Part shown: positions 12,783 through 26,651 of the stretch, in pieces
Layout: every line of letters begins with the position of its first letter
Numbering within the stretch: the stretch's first letter is position 1
Source of the DNA: Octopus bimaculoides
Taxonomy: Eukaryota
Direction of reading: 5' to 3'
DNA: 64,000 nucleotides
Assembly: GCF_001194135.2 (NCBI RefSeq)
Contig: NC_068982.1
Coordinates: 89,547,767-89,611,766, forward strand
Position numbers and translations under genes: made by a program
Notes under the pieces: model-generated
Databases searched by the model: none
Told to the model about the DNA's origin: nothing
Seen by the model: only the letters and a program-made list of their open reading frames with translations

Positions 12783-13952
12783 CCCATCACCACTCCCCCC
12801 CCCACGTCCATTCAACCATCTTTTGAACACATCATCCTTTCAGTTGCAATGTGACACTTGCAACACAGAATTTGCAACACATGCTATGTGACAGTGACAG
12901 TTGCACATTGACAACTTCATTGTAGAATGCCTGGTTGATTGCTGCAATAAGATATATGCAATACATTGCATTCATCAATTGCAAGTAATATGTACAATGT
13001 GTTGCAAGCTGAATTTGCAACAATTTCAAATTATCAACAAGAGTACTCTGAGAGTGCAAACCTCTGCCAAGGCAATGTCAACATCCTCTCAGCAATTAGG
13101 CAGATATGATTTTTAAAATGAGAATATCTGAAATAAACTCAACTGCTCTCACAAACGAGAATACTAAAAATGAACCTGACCACTCTCAAAACTTCAGTTA
13201 CAAAACAGGAAAAATAATCCAGAATCCTTGGGACCAGATTAATCTCAAAATCTAATTCTTGGATTCTTGATGTTATCCTCAAGCAGCCTCAATGTGACAC
13301 AGTATATAACAAAGCTATCTTTATGAATTACGGGAACAATCCAACAATCCAAGATGCTTCCACAATTTCCATCTTCTCAGTTTCACATGGCTCGCATAAA
13401 TCCTGGAACTGTGGTAAAATGAAATTGGCCGTGGTGAAGACACATGACCTGGTTGTTAGGGTGTGACACTCACAATCCCTAGATTATGATTTTGATTCAT
13501 GGACCAATTGGTGTGGTGCATTGTTGAGCAAAGCATGTCATTTCATGTTGCTCCAGTCCACTCAGCTGTATATGAGTTTCAGTAATACCTGAGAAGTTAA
13601 CATTGCAAAGGACCTGTATCCCATTCAGGAGGATTGTTGTCATCTCAGTCACTTTATGCCATGGAAACTGGGTTAATCTGTGGCCTTATGAGCCCAAGGT
13701 TTTTTCAAAGCACATCTTAGCTAAGCTAAGTCTAAAGTACTACATAGTGGAAGTAGATAAAGTTGCCCAAGGTGTCATACAGTGGAATCAAGCTTACTGC
13801 CTGAGTAAATGACTGAAATGTCAAACCTTTAATAATAGGTCTTCTCAGACATGGATGACCTGGTGTTAGACAATGTCAACAACAATCTCAATTTTAAGAA
13901 TCAAATATTTACACCACTCTCAGTGCATCAATAAGGAAATATAAAGACTTAC

Positions 13953-14134
13953 TTCTAAATTTAACTGCTTGTGTGTAGACGACTAAATCAGAGAGTTCTT
14001 TGGCGATTTGACTGTCCTTTTTCTGTTTTGACTTCAATATGACTTTTGCTTCAGGCATATCGTCCTCAATTGGCCAATCAAGGTCAGGTTGTGTTTTAGG
14101 ACGGTTCTTCTCTCCAAATGACGAACTTCGAGGT
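13953..14134 (-). CDS. PLCE1: PLC epsilon exon, end of X-Y linker and start of Y box
   Basis: Acceptor ttttatatttcag, donor gtaagt, 182 nt, phase 2/1. Translates (I)PRSSSFGEKNRPKTQPDLDWPIEDDMPEAKVILKSKQKKDSQIAKELSDLVVYTQAVKFR, matching the Y-box start (IAPELSDLVIYCQAVKF in PLC-epsilon). Confidence 0.93.
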
Positions 14135-14645
14135 CTGAAATATAAAAGTGTGCAATAACATACACACATACATATTATATTTATGTGTTTTTTTTATGTG
14201 AAGTTATATATGACAACAGTTTAGCATTAAATTTGAGTATCACTCAATACTTTTTATTGGAGTATATATATGGTTATTTTTTCAAGCAAAAGGTTGACAG
14301 TGACCTCAAAGTTTTGGCTTTCTTGTTTGATGACAGTTTGTAAGCTAAAACATTAATGTAATACTTAACCATTTTCTTGAAAAAATTAATATACATGTTT
14401 GTAGTACTTTTGTCATTAAATGTTTGTTATTGCTAACCTTATAATTTAACAACCCTAATATTGGTTTCAAATTTTGGCACAAGGCCAGCAAGTTTGGGAG
14501 AGGGAGTAAGTCAATTACATTGAACCTCAATGCTCATCTGGTATTTATTTTATTGATGCTGAATCGATGAAAGGCATAGTCAACCGTGGTAGAACTTGAA
14601 CCCAGAATGTAAAGATGGACAACATGTCACTAAGCATCTTACCTG

Positions 14646-15047
14646 GTACTCTTTACTCTTTTGTTTCAGTCATTTGACTGTGGCCATGCTGGAGCATGGC
14701 CTTTAGTTGAGCAAATCGACCCCAGGACTTATTCTTTGGAAGCCTAGTACTTATTCTATCAGTCTCTTTTGCCGAACCACTAAGTTACAGGGCTGTAAAC
14801 ACACCAGCATGTTGGGGAGGACAAACACAGACACACAAACATATAGACACACATACATATATACGTATATATACATATATACGACGGGCTTCTTTCAGTT
14901 TCCGTCTACTAAATCCACTCACAAGGCTTTGGTCGGCCCGAGGCTATAGTAGAAGACATTTGCCCAAGGTGCCACGCAGTGGGAATGAACCTGGAACCAT
15001 GTGGTTGGTAAGCAAGCTATTTACCACACAGCCACTCCTGCGCCTAT
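14646..15047 (-). mobile_element. Near full-length family A SINE nested inside a family B SINE (about 14440-15070)
   Basis: tRNA-like head at 15047 and tail ...GACTGAAACAAAAGAGTAAAGAG. The family B sequence stops at 14645 and resumes at 15048 (GATTCTGCCAGCTGACCACC). Confidence 0.8.
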
Positions 15048-17189
15048 GATTCTGCCAGCTGACCACCTTAAACAACCCTAATATTAACATAGCTTCTTTC
15101 ATTCATATCTTTAACACACTTGTTTCTTTTTACACTCTCTGTACTAAGCTATCAGGAGAGCAGGTCTCTCCATCTCACTACATCATGTTCCCAGTGTAAC
15201 TAGGAATATCACTGAACCTATCTGACCCTTTCATCTGCACTACTCCACTTTCTGCAACCTCTTCCCAAGGATATCTGCTATTACCTTTCCTATACGCTCT
15301 CCTCTTGAACTTCCAGGTATTGACACCCATCATCCCGTCATCCACTCCTACCATTTATCCATTTCAATTGCTATCCATCACTCTCCCACCAATTCTATCA
15401 CCCTGTTCAATATTACTGTTTCTATCATCACGTCCTGCTCCTTCTTCCATCCATTCTAGTTATTTTCCTGTCTGTGATGACAGGAGTGAATTAACAATTT
15501 AATGGATTAACAAGTTTATCATGTACTAGGGATTCTCAAACCTTTGTGGCAATCCCACTATTGTTGGTAACACAAAACATGCACTCAGAACATTTAATAA
15601 AGTAGTTGGCAAGTGAACAGCGATATGACATCAAGAGGACCCTTTAAGTTGTTCTCAACAGACTAAAGGATCTACTTCTCTGGTGTTGGTGCTATGATAA
15701 AATGCACCCAATATGCTCTGTAAAGAAAATCCTTTGAGTTGCGGGCATGACAAAATTTCTAGTGCTACAGCCACAATGAAATGCACTCAGTACACTTTGT
15801 AAAGTGCTTGATGTTAAGAAGGACATCATGATGTAGAAACCAAACTAAAAACAAACATATGAGGAAGATGTGGTCCTCCTGACTTGTCTAGGTGATCAGT
15901 ATATCTGAATAAGAGCTGACTCAAACTGTAAGTGGCCTTTTTCACTCATACCAACAAGGAAAGTAGACTGATCTAGGGATCAACCACAATAGCAACAACA
16001 GTTCATAAACATGCAAGATAACAACACTGAGCACCAAAAATTCACTCAAGGTGCTGCGATAAAAATCATCTCATCACCTACTATGTGGTTGTGTGGTAAG
16101 AAGCTTGCTTTTCAACCACATGGTTCCAGGTTCAGTCCCATTGTGTTGCACGTTGGGTAAGTGTTTTCTACTATAGCCTTGAACCAACCAAAGCCTTGTG
16201 AGTAGATTTGGTAGACGGGAAAGCAGCTTGGTGTGTCTGTGTGTTTGTGTTTGTCCCCCACCACCACCACCACTTGATGGGCAGTCCCCCGAAATTGCTG
16301 GCCTGGTGCCAAAATCTGAAATTTGAAACCAATATTTGCTCTGGTTCTTTACAGTCTGAGTTAACATCTCATCAAGCTCAACTGTACCTTTCTACCTCTG
16401 GGGATGATAAAATAAAGTACTAGTTGAGTACCATGATGAATTGGCTGTCTCTTCGCTGCCAAACTTCTGGCATTGTATCATCATTATCATCATTTAATGT
16501 CCGTTTTCCATACTGATCTGGCAATGTTTCTACAGCTGGATGCTCTTCCTAATGCTAACCACTTCAAGAGTGTAGTGGGTAATTCTTATGTTCCAACCAT
16601 GGGGGCCAGTCAGGTAGCACTGGCATTAGCCACATTTGGATGGTGCTTTTTTACATGCTACCGGCACAGGAGCCAGTCAGGGTGGGAAGGTGGTTGGTAT
16701 TGACCATGTTTGGATGGTGCATTTTACATATAAGAAATTCTTGCTAGAAAATATTATACAATGAAATCTGTATCTGTGAGCTTGGTTAAGTTCATATATA
16801 TGCTTTGAAAAAATTAGGTTTATTTGTTTGACAGCCAGTTTTCTAGCTGTTCATATAGGTTGAAAAATATTTATTTGAGCAGTATTTTGGAGCCTAATAC
16901 TCTTCCTCTCACCCGTTTCCTTTTATAATTAAGAGAGTGTAGAAGTAATGTTTTCTGGGAATGTAAACATAATGGTACTGTTCTTTTGGTCATTCAGTCT
17001 TTTGTGAGAACTGGAAATGACAACTTTCATGTACATGCACACATACACATACATATGCACAGCAGGCTTCCACACAGTTTGTCTACTAATTTCACTCACA
17101 AGCAAGCTTCCCTCAAATATTTTGCAATGGGTGTGCATAAAAATTTGCTTTTGTGCAATTTTTGCCTTTCTTTGCAAAGTTTGTACACA

Positions 17190-17555
17190 TGCAGAAGCAA
17201 CTGCGTGGTAAAAAGCTTGCTTCCCAACCACATTGTTCTGGGTTCAGTACCACTGCATAATATCTTGAGCAAATGTCTTCTACTATTGCCTTGGGCAAAC
17301 CAAAGTTTTGTGAGTGGATTTAGTAGATGGAAACCAAAAATCCATCATGTGTGTGTGTGTGTGTGTGTGTCTCCACCACTGCCTGACAATCAGTGTTGGT
17401 GTGTTTACTTTCCTGTAACTTAACAGTTTGGCAAAAATGACTGATTGAATAAGTACCAAGCTTAAAAAATTGCTGAGGTTGATTCATCTGATTACAAATT
17501 CCTCAAGTCAGTGCCCCAGCATGGCTGCAATATAATGACTAAAACAAGTATAAAA
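17190..17555 (+). mobile_element. Family A SINE
   Basis: Same head, central (GT)n and tail as the 14646 and 51010 copies. Confidence 0.75.
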
Positions 17556-18773
17556 ATAAAAAATGTATCCATGCAAATAGCTGTTTATGTTTGATTTCAT
17601 CTTGTAAAACTTGTATACATTCATTTTTTTATTTTTATCTTGTCTCACTCAAGTTGTAAACTGTGCACATGCTCAGAAGCACACAGTTTAGAGGGGACTT
17701 GATTCACAATGTACAAAGTTGCCCTGAGGTAATAGTAGAAGACAATGCCCAAAGTGCCATCCATGCAGTGTAACAGAACCTAAAAACATCAGGTTATGAA
17801 GTAAACTTCTTAACCACTTAGCTATGTCTATACCAAGACATGCCAGCTACTAGCCATGTCTGTGCCTGATAACTATTATTTCTGATAGAAACAGATGAAC
17901 TTTTCCCAACTCAGAAACTACTGTAATGAAAAATGCTTTTGATGTAGTACTACCACCAGTTCCCTTTGGACTGGACTTGTCAGTAGAAAATATTTCTCAA
18001 TAAATATTATTTGCTAATGTAGCTAAACAGTAAGGCAGCAAGCTGGCAGAATTGTTAGCATGTCTGACAAAATACTTAGTGGCATTTCATCTGTCTTTAT
18101 GTTCTGGGTTCAAATTTCACTGATGTTGACTCTACCGTTCATCCTTTCGAGGTTGATAAAATAAGTACCAGTTGAGCACAGTGTCAATGTAATTGACTAA
18201 CTCCCTCTCCCACAATTTCTGGCCTTGTGCCAAAATTTGAAACCAGTATATCTAAACAGTAAATATTTTGCAATGTAATGTTTTTTATTGTGAAACAGAT
18301 TCTTTTAAAATCTTTTAGATAGAAGAGGAATCAGAGTTTGAACTCAAAAAGCAAAGAACTGGAACAAATACTGCATGGCCTCTGGTCTGATGTTCTAGCA
18401 TTTCTGTCCGTCCATCACCCAGGATTAGTACATTTTTATTGATTCTAAAATGATGAAAGGCAAGGTTGACCTTGAGGGGATATGAACTTGGAGTGCAGTC
18501 AAAACAGGTACTGTATAGCATTTTCTATCTGGTGTTCTAACATCTTTTCCAATTCAAGGCATAGATGACCTCATAGAGAACTCAGAGTGCAGAGAGCTAG
18601 AACAAATGTCATAACACATTCATTTTATCTAAAACTTTAATGATTTTGTCGCTTCACTACCTAAATTTATATCTCAGTAAAAATAAATAATGTAGAAACA
18701 AAATCATCATCTATGGAGATGGGTAATACAATGCTTATATTCACATCATGTTACTCTATGATTTCATACTTAC

Positions 18774-18891
18774 ATTCCTTGTCTGGAAATATCTCCAAAA
18801 GAATCAGCTCTTAACCGAGTATGTTTTGATTTTTCATCTTGTTCTGGTGTTTGACTTCCTTGGCTGTCAACTGAACGTCGCATATCTTTCT
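18774..18891 (-). CDS. PLCE1: PLC epsilon exon, X-Y linker
   Basis: Acceptor tactatttcag, donor gtaagt, 118 nt, phase 1/2, open frame (E)KDMRRSVDSQGSQTPEQDEKSKHTRLRADSFGDISRQG. Phases fit both neighbouring exons. Confidence 0.8.
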
Positions 18892-18974
18892 CTGAAATAG
18901 TAAACATCCACAACATATTATATTAAACATTCCCTGAGCTGAATTTATTTTATATATATTTAAAGTACCAGTAC

Positions 18975-19310
18975 TGTGAAGGTGCATGGCTCAGTGGTTA
19001 GAGCATCGAGCTTACGATCATGAGGTTGTGAGTTTGAATCCTGGACCAAGCTGCATGTTGTGTTCTTGAGCAAGGCACTTTATTTCACGTTGCTCTAATT
19101 CACTCAGCTGTAGAAATGAGTTGTGACGTCACTGGTGCCAAGGTGTATCAGCCTTTGCCTTTCCCTAGGATAACATCAGTGGTGTGGAGAGGGGAGGCTG
19201 GTATGCATGGGCGACCGCTAGTCTTCCATAAACAACCTTGCTTGGACTTGTGCCTGGGAGGGTAACTTTCTAGGTGCAATCCCATGGTCAGTCATGACCA
19301 AAAGGGGTCT
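18975..19310 (+). mobile_element. tRNA-derived SINE, family C, with CORE-like central block
   Basis: A box TGGCTCAGTGG, B box GTTTGAATCC, then CTTGAGCAAGGCACTTTATTTCAC...CACTCAGCTGTAGAAATGAGT. Other copies near 13430, 30270-30545(-), 37130 and 44120-44420(-). Confidence 0.8.
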
Positions 19311-20094
19311 CAGCAACTGATATATATATATATATCACATATATGTGTCTGTGTTTGTCCTCCACCACTGCCTGACAATTGGTGTTGGTGTGTTTACTCC
19401 CCCATAACTTATTCTCTCTCTCACTGGGTAACCATGTACTTCCTCTATAGCAAGATACCTATTTCTGCTTCCCTATTTCTCTGTCACACACTAACCTTTC
19501 ATCATCTGATACTGGATCACCCCCTCCAATGCCACCTCCATTATAGCAAGACACCTGTTTCTGCCACTCTGTTTCTTTGTCATCCTCTGCCCTTTCATTC
19601 TCTGTCATGAGTTCCCCTCCTCAGATACCCCTGCCCCTCTCATTATTCCTTGTCTTGCGAGTTACGTAGTGACCATGTAAAGTGGTTGGCATTTGGAAGG
19701 GCATCCAGCTGTAAAAATTGTGCCAAGACTAACCTCACTTGTGCTAGTGCCATATAAAAAGCTCTGAGTCCACTCTGAAGAGTGGTTGGTGTTAGGAAGG
19801 GTACCCAGCTGTAATAACTCTGCCAAAAGAGACACAATAGCGTAGGGTAGTTTTTCTACCTGGATCGCTCCTGTGAATTGTCCTACCCATGCATAGAAGA
19901 TGGACATTAAACGATGATGATGATATATATGGATACATACATGCATACATACATATAAATAATTGTCCTACCTCCCCTGTAAAGGTAACAACTCTCCCCT
20001 TTCATGATACCCTTAAAACCAGGAACTTTTCAACACCCCCAGTAGAAGATTGGATGTTTTCATCCCAATTTTCTTTGTATTGGATTTAATCTAA

Positions 20095-20139
<45 letters not shown>

Positions 20140-22769
20140 TGTGTGTGTGTGTGTGTGTGTGAGTACTGTCTAATACTGGATTTGATTCCTCTTCATCTTT
20201 GAACCAAAACAATGTAATAAATATTAAAGATTATTTTCAATAAATTTAGTAGACATGTGCCAATCAGATATAATTAGCAGAGGTTTCAAATAGATTTATA
20301 TCAAGATAATTTCATTGGCACTGGAATTCACTAGATCTATGTATTTCTAATATGATTGATAGTAAAATTTAATAAGTTTATATACATTCACAGTGCATGC
20401 AAATTTTGTCCTGGAGCTGCCAAAAATGATTAAGTTGACTCCAAAACATTAGATGTGTAAAATGAAAGTGTATTGAATAAGTAAAGGAGCACCAAAAGCA
20501 TTGGCTAGTGTTTGTATGGCAAACAAAATTTGTTTGTGTAGATGTGTTCTGACAAAAGATGATGGTGGCATCAATAAATGTTAATGCTATACTATAATAC
20601 AAGGATATTAGGTATATGATTATGAGGATATTATGCATAATGAAAAGAGGCTATAAGTTTTAAAGGAGCAGTAATGAGGGTTGAGGAAGATTAGAATAAC
20701 TGGGGTAAGTGATGGTTTGATCAAATGAAGATATTGGAACTCACAGATGAAATGATACAGAATAGATAGATATTTGGAAAAGTGTTGAAGAAACTGAAAC
20801 TCATCCAATGTTTGCCAACAAGATGAAAATTACATTAAAAAGATAAAGATGATAATGTTGATGATGTATGTAGTCATAGTGTTCTTGTTATGAACAGTTC
20901 AGTGTCCTAACAGTACTCTGTCATGAAGACTTGATTCTTCAATTAAACATTGATAATTGCTTTACAATGATATATCGTAATAAATCAAAAGAACACTTCA
21001 AAGCTGATATTAGCAGTAGTAATTCATCCTGGGAATTGTGATTCAGTTCTAATTATGTTTTTCTGATTTTCAAGTAATTTCTCTTGTATTCAGTGGATGG
21101 GTGAGCTAAATTGTGTCTTATGTCAATGGATTTACTTTGGGCATTGAAATGCTTTCACATTTCACACCAAGATCTTGATGTTGCCATTATTGACAGTTGA
21201 TATAATAGGAATGTTATCAGTGAAAATACATTTCAAAATATTAGACAAACTGTGTTGCTTTGTTTATTAGATATTGTCAGCTATCTTCAAAAGTAATACA
21301 ATATAGGATAAGTAAAAAAAAAATTCATTTTAATACATATATTTTTTTAATGTTTTATATTGTGTGAATTTTTCCTCTCCCCCAGGAACAGTTCAATATT
21401 TATGACGTATGGTGGCTGTGATGTAAAGGTTTTGGATTCCTGAATGTATTGTTAATACATTCAATTTTTCTATAACCAGTATGTTGTGACCCTAGGGAAG
21501 ACACATAATAAGTCTATTTACCTCACACTAGCTTACTGCCAATGGTCACCCCTCCTCTTACTTTATAGCAAGCAGATTAGTGGTAAAGAGAAGCATCTAG
21601 CTATGAAAGAGTATTTACTCTAAAGGAAAATATGCAAATGTCAAAATTTGCATAATCTATATTATTTCTTCTTACACAGGAAATGGATATAAATGGTTAA
21701 CAGATAAAATGACTCAATGATATCAAGTTTAGCAGATAATATATTATATAACTAGCTTATGCATTATGATTTTCATGTCTATTACAGATGTTGTTATATG
21801 TCTAAAGGTATAAACACATTACTTGATCTGCCTTTCAAAAGAGCTGGGTTATGTTTATAATTGTTCTCTCTACTTAGAACCATACTTTCTCATTTGGTTA
21901 GTTAGAAAGGTAGTTGCTATTAGATATGTTGGCACATACTCTCTCAAAGTTAAACACCTCAGTTTTGTATTATTAAACCGCTATCCTGTGTTATAGGCAC
22001 TTGCTAGAATCCTCGATTAGTTAGAGTAAATCCTGAAAGAAATTACACTGTATAGCAACAGTGAAAGTAATTGCTTGCTTGATACCCATTCGTGCTGTAA
22101 ATCATTTTCATTTTTGTGGTGCCCTCCTTCCCTTGATGCTCTAAGCAGGAGCTTATTTTGCTTAATGATTAATCCAGCACAGCTTGTTGTTTAGTAGATA
22201 GAGAGATAACCCAGTTGGAAACAAAGGAAAGTGAGCTGGAGAGTAAGCTAGAAGGATAGTAAGAGATGATGGCATAGATGTGTTAGCACATGCCCTCATA
22301 GGATATTAGGGGTGGTGAGAATAGGTGAGGTGATATAAAGGCTTGGGTTGGGTGAGTGGACAGGATGAGGTAACTGTAGCAAATGATGGAGAGAAATATA
22401 GGAGAGGCTTGGGGACAGGAGTTGCAATAGATATGAGAGGACATTGAGGATGGAGGGCATTGAAGGTGATTGCAAGAAAGTGAGGTGTTGATGATAGAGA
22501 GGAGAACAGGGCGGGGAGAGAAAGTGCAGAAAGGAGGTGACTGGTGGAGACAGTACGTGGGAGAAGATAACTGGTAGTAGGGAGTAAAGGCAATGGTGCC
22601 TACTCTGCTCTCAAGTGATAAAGGAAGTGATGAATAATAGGGAATGAAGTATGGGTGGGGGGAAGGTTGATGGGTGGAACCCTTCATGGACAAGCATTAC
22701 CAGGGTGCTTCTAGGATATCAACTCTGCTATGGTGGATGGGATTTCTTTAGTACAGCAAAGCACTAGAT

Positions 22770-22975
22770 ATCTCAGTCCTTCACCATCTCCTTCATAAGC
22801 GCTCAATGTTTTGAGATCAGCCTTCAATACTTCAACCCATGTCTTTCTGGGTCTCCCTCTTTCACAACTTCCATCTACTTTAAGTGATCAGCACTTCTTT
22901 ATGCAACTGTCCTAATCCATATGCATTATATTACCAAATCAGCGCAGTTTTCTCTCTAGCACACTGCATCTAATT
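22770..22975 (-). mobile_element. Decayed RTE LINE 3' fragment
   Basis: ERKLR*FGNIMHMD*DSCIKKC*SLKVDGSCERGRPRKTWVEVLKADLKTL. Confidence 0.75.
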
Positions 22976-23586
22976 CCTCAATTTTTCTTAAGTCATAAGC
23001 TCTCAGAATGCTGAGTAAAAGTAAGATATTTTGACATTTATGCATTTCACAGTGTCATTAGTGTTATAAATGAAATGAAATAAGCTTGAGATAGAAGTAA
23101 TCTGCTTCTTACTGCTTAGTCAACACTACTTTACATGTGCTCATGCACACACCTATACACAGATACATACACATATATATTATAATAATCATTCTTATCA
23201 TCACAAACATTATCAATATCACCAGCAGCAGCATCATTGCTTCAACACCTATTTCTCATCATGTCAGGAGATATACAGGTGTACATCCTTTCCTTCTTTC
23301 TTAATTCTGTGTCAACTGTTTGTGAGATCATACATTCCCAGATCTGGCATCATAGCCTCTTCAGCCATAGTTACAAATAAATACCTCATTTCTCAGATGT
23401 GCGAATGTGATAGGGGAATCGTAATACAAGAAATATCATTTATTTGTTTGATTATATCTAGCTAAAGATTCCTTGTCACTACACCAAGATATCTTTACTT
23501 TGACATATGGCACATAATATTGTTAATGTAATGGAAAAAACTTCAGCTTCAAAGGAAAATATTTATATATATATATATATATATAT

Positions 23587-23993
23587 NNNNNNNNNNNNNN
23601 NNNNNNNNNNNNNNNNNNNNNNNNNNNNNNNNNNNNNNNNNNNNNNNNNNNNNNNNNNNNNNNNNNNNNNNNNNNNNNNNNNNNNNNNNNNNNNNNNNNN
23701 NNNNNNNNNNNNNNNNNNNNNNNNNNNNNNNNNNNNNNNNNNNNNNNNNNNNNNNNNNNNNNNNNNNNNNNNNNNNNNNNNNNNNNNNNNNNNNNNNNNN
23801 NNNNNNNNNNNNNNNNNNNNNNNNNNNNNNNNNNNNNNNNNNNNNNNNNNNNNNNNNNNNNNNNNNNNNNNNNNNNNNNNNNNNNNNNNNNNNNNNNNNN
23901 NNNNNNNNNNNNNNNNNNNNNNNNNNNNNNNNNNNNNNNNNNNNNNNNNNNNNNNNNNNNNNNNNNNNNNNNNNNNNNNNNNNNNNNNNNNNN
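23587..23993. other. Assembly gap (N run)
   Basis: 407 N. Confidence 1.
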
Positions 23994-24215
23994 NGAGGCC
24001 GTTGCCAGTACCGCCTGACTGGCCTTCGTGCCGGTGGCACATAAAAGCACCCACTACACTCTCAGAGTGGTTGGAGTTAGGAAGGGCATCCAGCTGTAGA
24101 AACTCTGCCAAATCAGATTGGAGCCTGGTGTAGCCATGTGGCTCACCAGTCCTCAGTCAAATTGTCCAACCCATGCTAGCATGGAAAGCAGACGTTAAAT
24201 GATGATGATGATGAT
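23994..24215 (+). mobile_element. Family D SINE-like repeat ending in (ATG)n
   Basis: Contains GTTAGGAAGGGCATCCAGCTGTAGAAA and ends GACGTTAAATGATGATGATG; many copies in the window. Confidence 0.8.
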
Positions 24216-24559
24216 AATACAGAGCACATCAGCTTTTTGAGGTCATTTGTATTAATTCAGAAAACAATGCCTAGCTGATCAAAGAAAAGCTGTATTTGGA
24301 AACAAATTGGTACAAATGACCTTGTGAATCCTTTTATCACACCTATTAAAGGAGTTCATCATTAGCATCAATGACTGCTTCAATACAGAGTTGGAAGTGT
24401 TGCTATGCTCAGTTTGAATGATCCTTTATCAATTTTGAACCTAGTACTGGTTATGGTGGACTTGAGAGATTGTGTAGTGTTATGGGGTGTTAATTGACCT
24501 CTCTCTCAACTATGCTTCATATCTATTAGTCCAGTGGATTGAGGTCTGGTAAGTTAGGA

Positions 24560-25900
24560 GGCTATGTGTCTGGGAGAACATGATCATGGAGATTGGCATG
24601 TATCCATGCTTGGGTTGTCCTAGCTTTATGAGATGGCACAGAGTCTTGCTGGATGAGGTACAGTCTTCTATTGCATACTCTGTCTATCCAGAACTTCACA
24701 AGCTTCTCCAAAACCTCTGTGTAGACAATAACCCTGATTCTTAAACCCTGTGAAAGATAAAGTGAGGAAGCATGATATCTCCCTTGTTGCTGAGACTCTC
24801 AGAACCATCACCGTTGCTGGGGACTTAGTATGCATAGCTGCTGGAACCCCATTTGGGTCTCTGCATAACCATCTCTCATTCCTTCAGATTACCTTTTGTT
24901 CCTAATCAAAGTTTTTATTATCAGAGAAAGACCAAAACATTCCAGCTTCTTGGTGTTTTAACTTATTTGGCCAGCACTATGCATGGATTGAATGATTCTC
25001 TCTTATCATGTCCAACATAAACTAACTCCTCCACATCACATATGACTTGTACTGGATGTCCTCAAGCACAACTCTTCTGGTGGTGCATTCGGAAACTTTG
25101 AGGTCCTTCTCTTCTAGTTCTGTTACATATTTTGCTATGAATACAAGATCATCAACATATAGTAGTCCCTATGGACACCTGGTCTTAAATGTCTCTGTTA
25201 TGGTCTAGAGGATGATAATAAATAAGAGGGGTCTGAGAACTAGAATTTGTTGGACACTAAAGTCATCACTGAACTCATGGCTAACTCCTGCCTTACAAAT
25301 AGCACCACTGTACATGGTTTGTACTTTCACAAGCCATTCATCTGTTCCTAGCTTCCTCAGAGATCACATCTCAGAGTGAGGTAGTCTGTCGAAAGCTTTC
25401 TCTAGATTAATAAATGCCAAGTACAATGGCTTATTCTTAAGTAAATACTTCTCTTGTAATTGCTTGACTATGAGAGGAGTATTGATAATGCTTCTCTCAG
25501 GCACAAAGCCAAACAGAAGTTTGGCTTTGTGCCTTATAGAAGCACTATTGACACTATTTTCATAATTAGGCTACTGTATCTAACCTAATTCTGTTCCTAA
25601 TTAATTGGGCTATAACCCTCTCCATAACTTTTATCACCTGGTCCGGCAATTTGATGCTGCTATAATTACATCAATCTAAGGCATTCTCCCTTATCATTGT
25701 AGCAGCTGAGTATAATGCTGCTACACCAGTCATTAGGGATTACATCTTCTTGAATAACCTGATTAGCTATACTGGTAACTAGACAGTATCCAACTCTACC
25801 AGATATTTTAAGCATCCTAGTGATAACTCTTGATGAACAAGGGCTTTCCCTGTCTTCTTATTTTTAATTGACTTATCTATCATACTGCTGTCAACTAGGA
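24560..25900 (-). mobile_element. Decayed RTE LINE reverse-transcriptase region
   Basis: FGFVPERS...KQLQEKYLLKNKPLYLAFINLEKAFDRLP...LRKLGTDEWLV...RPLLFIIIL*...GLLYVDDLV (RT YADD-equivalent motif) with several stops. Confidence 0.85.
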
Positions 25901-26610
25901 TAGCTGGTCAGTCTGTTAAGTTCTTATAAAAGAAATTGCCTTTCTCCCATTCATTCTCTGCATTTAATAGATTGTCATAGTAGACCTTCTATGACACTTT
26001 CTTTTCAGAATACCTAAATGCAAGCATGTTTGTGTACGTCTGTCTATCTGTCTGCTTGCCTCTATATGTGTGTATGTGTGTATATATATGTGTGTGTGTG
26101 TGTTTGTATATATATATATATGTTCTTATGTATGTATCAAAACAGAAAGTTGGAAAATTTTTTGGGTATTATCTATTCACTATTATACTTGTTCCATTTG
26201 CTAATAGAAATTATTTCTCTCCTTTCTGTACTACTAAGTTTGCTCTTTATTTTAGCTCCCAACTATCTGCATGACCATTTCATTTAGATGTGAATTTTGT
26301 ATTATTTGAATCTCTCTGCTAGAAAAATTTCTCACAGGAAATTTCTTACATATTTAACCTACATGTACAATTTTGCAATTCCTGTTAGTAAAAGGAAACA
26401 TGTGTAATGGTGAATCAATAATTTTACCAGCCTCCTATTTTGATATGTAATTACTCTGCGAGCAATATTTCCAGAATTTACCACTCTAATGTGTACTGCA
26501 CATGAATGTAAGTACATACAGAATTGAAAAACTGGAATAAGCAGAGGTGCTTCAAGAGGATTCATCTTGGATTTTAACCATACCTACATAATATGTATAT
26601 ATGCAATTAG

Positions 26611-26651
<41 letters not shown>

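Noticed and set aside
11768-12830. Long ORFs of 291-352 aa
   Set aside because: Made almost entirely of N-gap X residues; the same applies to the ORFs at 23507-24133 and 63143-63463.
12832-13030. TTGCAA-rich segment with an 11-bp inverted repeat
   Set aside because: Short repeats in AT-rich DNA next to a gap; no TSD or second copy seen.
21360-21430. Plus-strand splice-like signals suggesting an antisense gene (also near 33650 and 33790)
   Set aside because: Isolated AG/GT motifs without a coherent ORF cannot be supported without transcript data.
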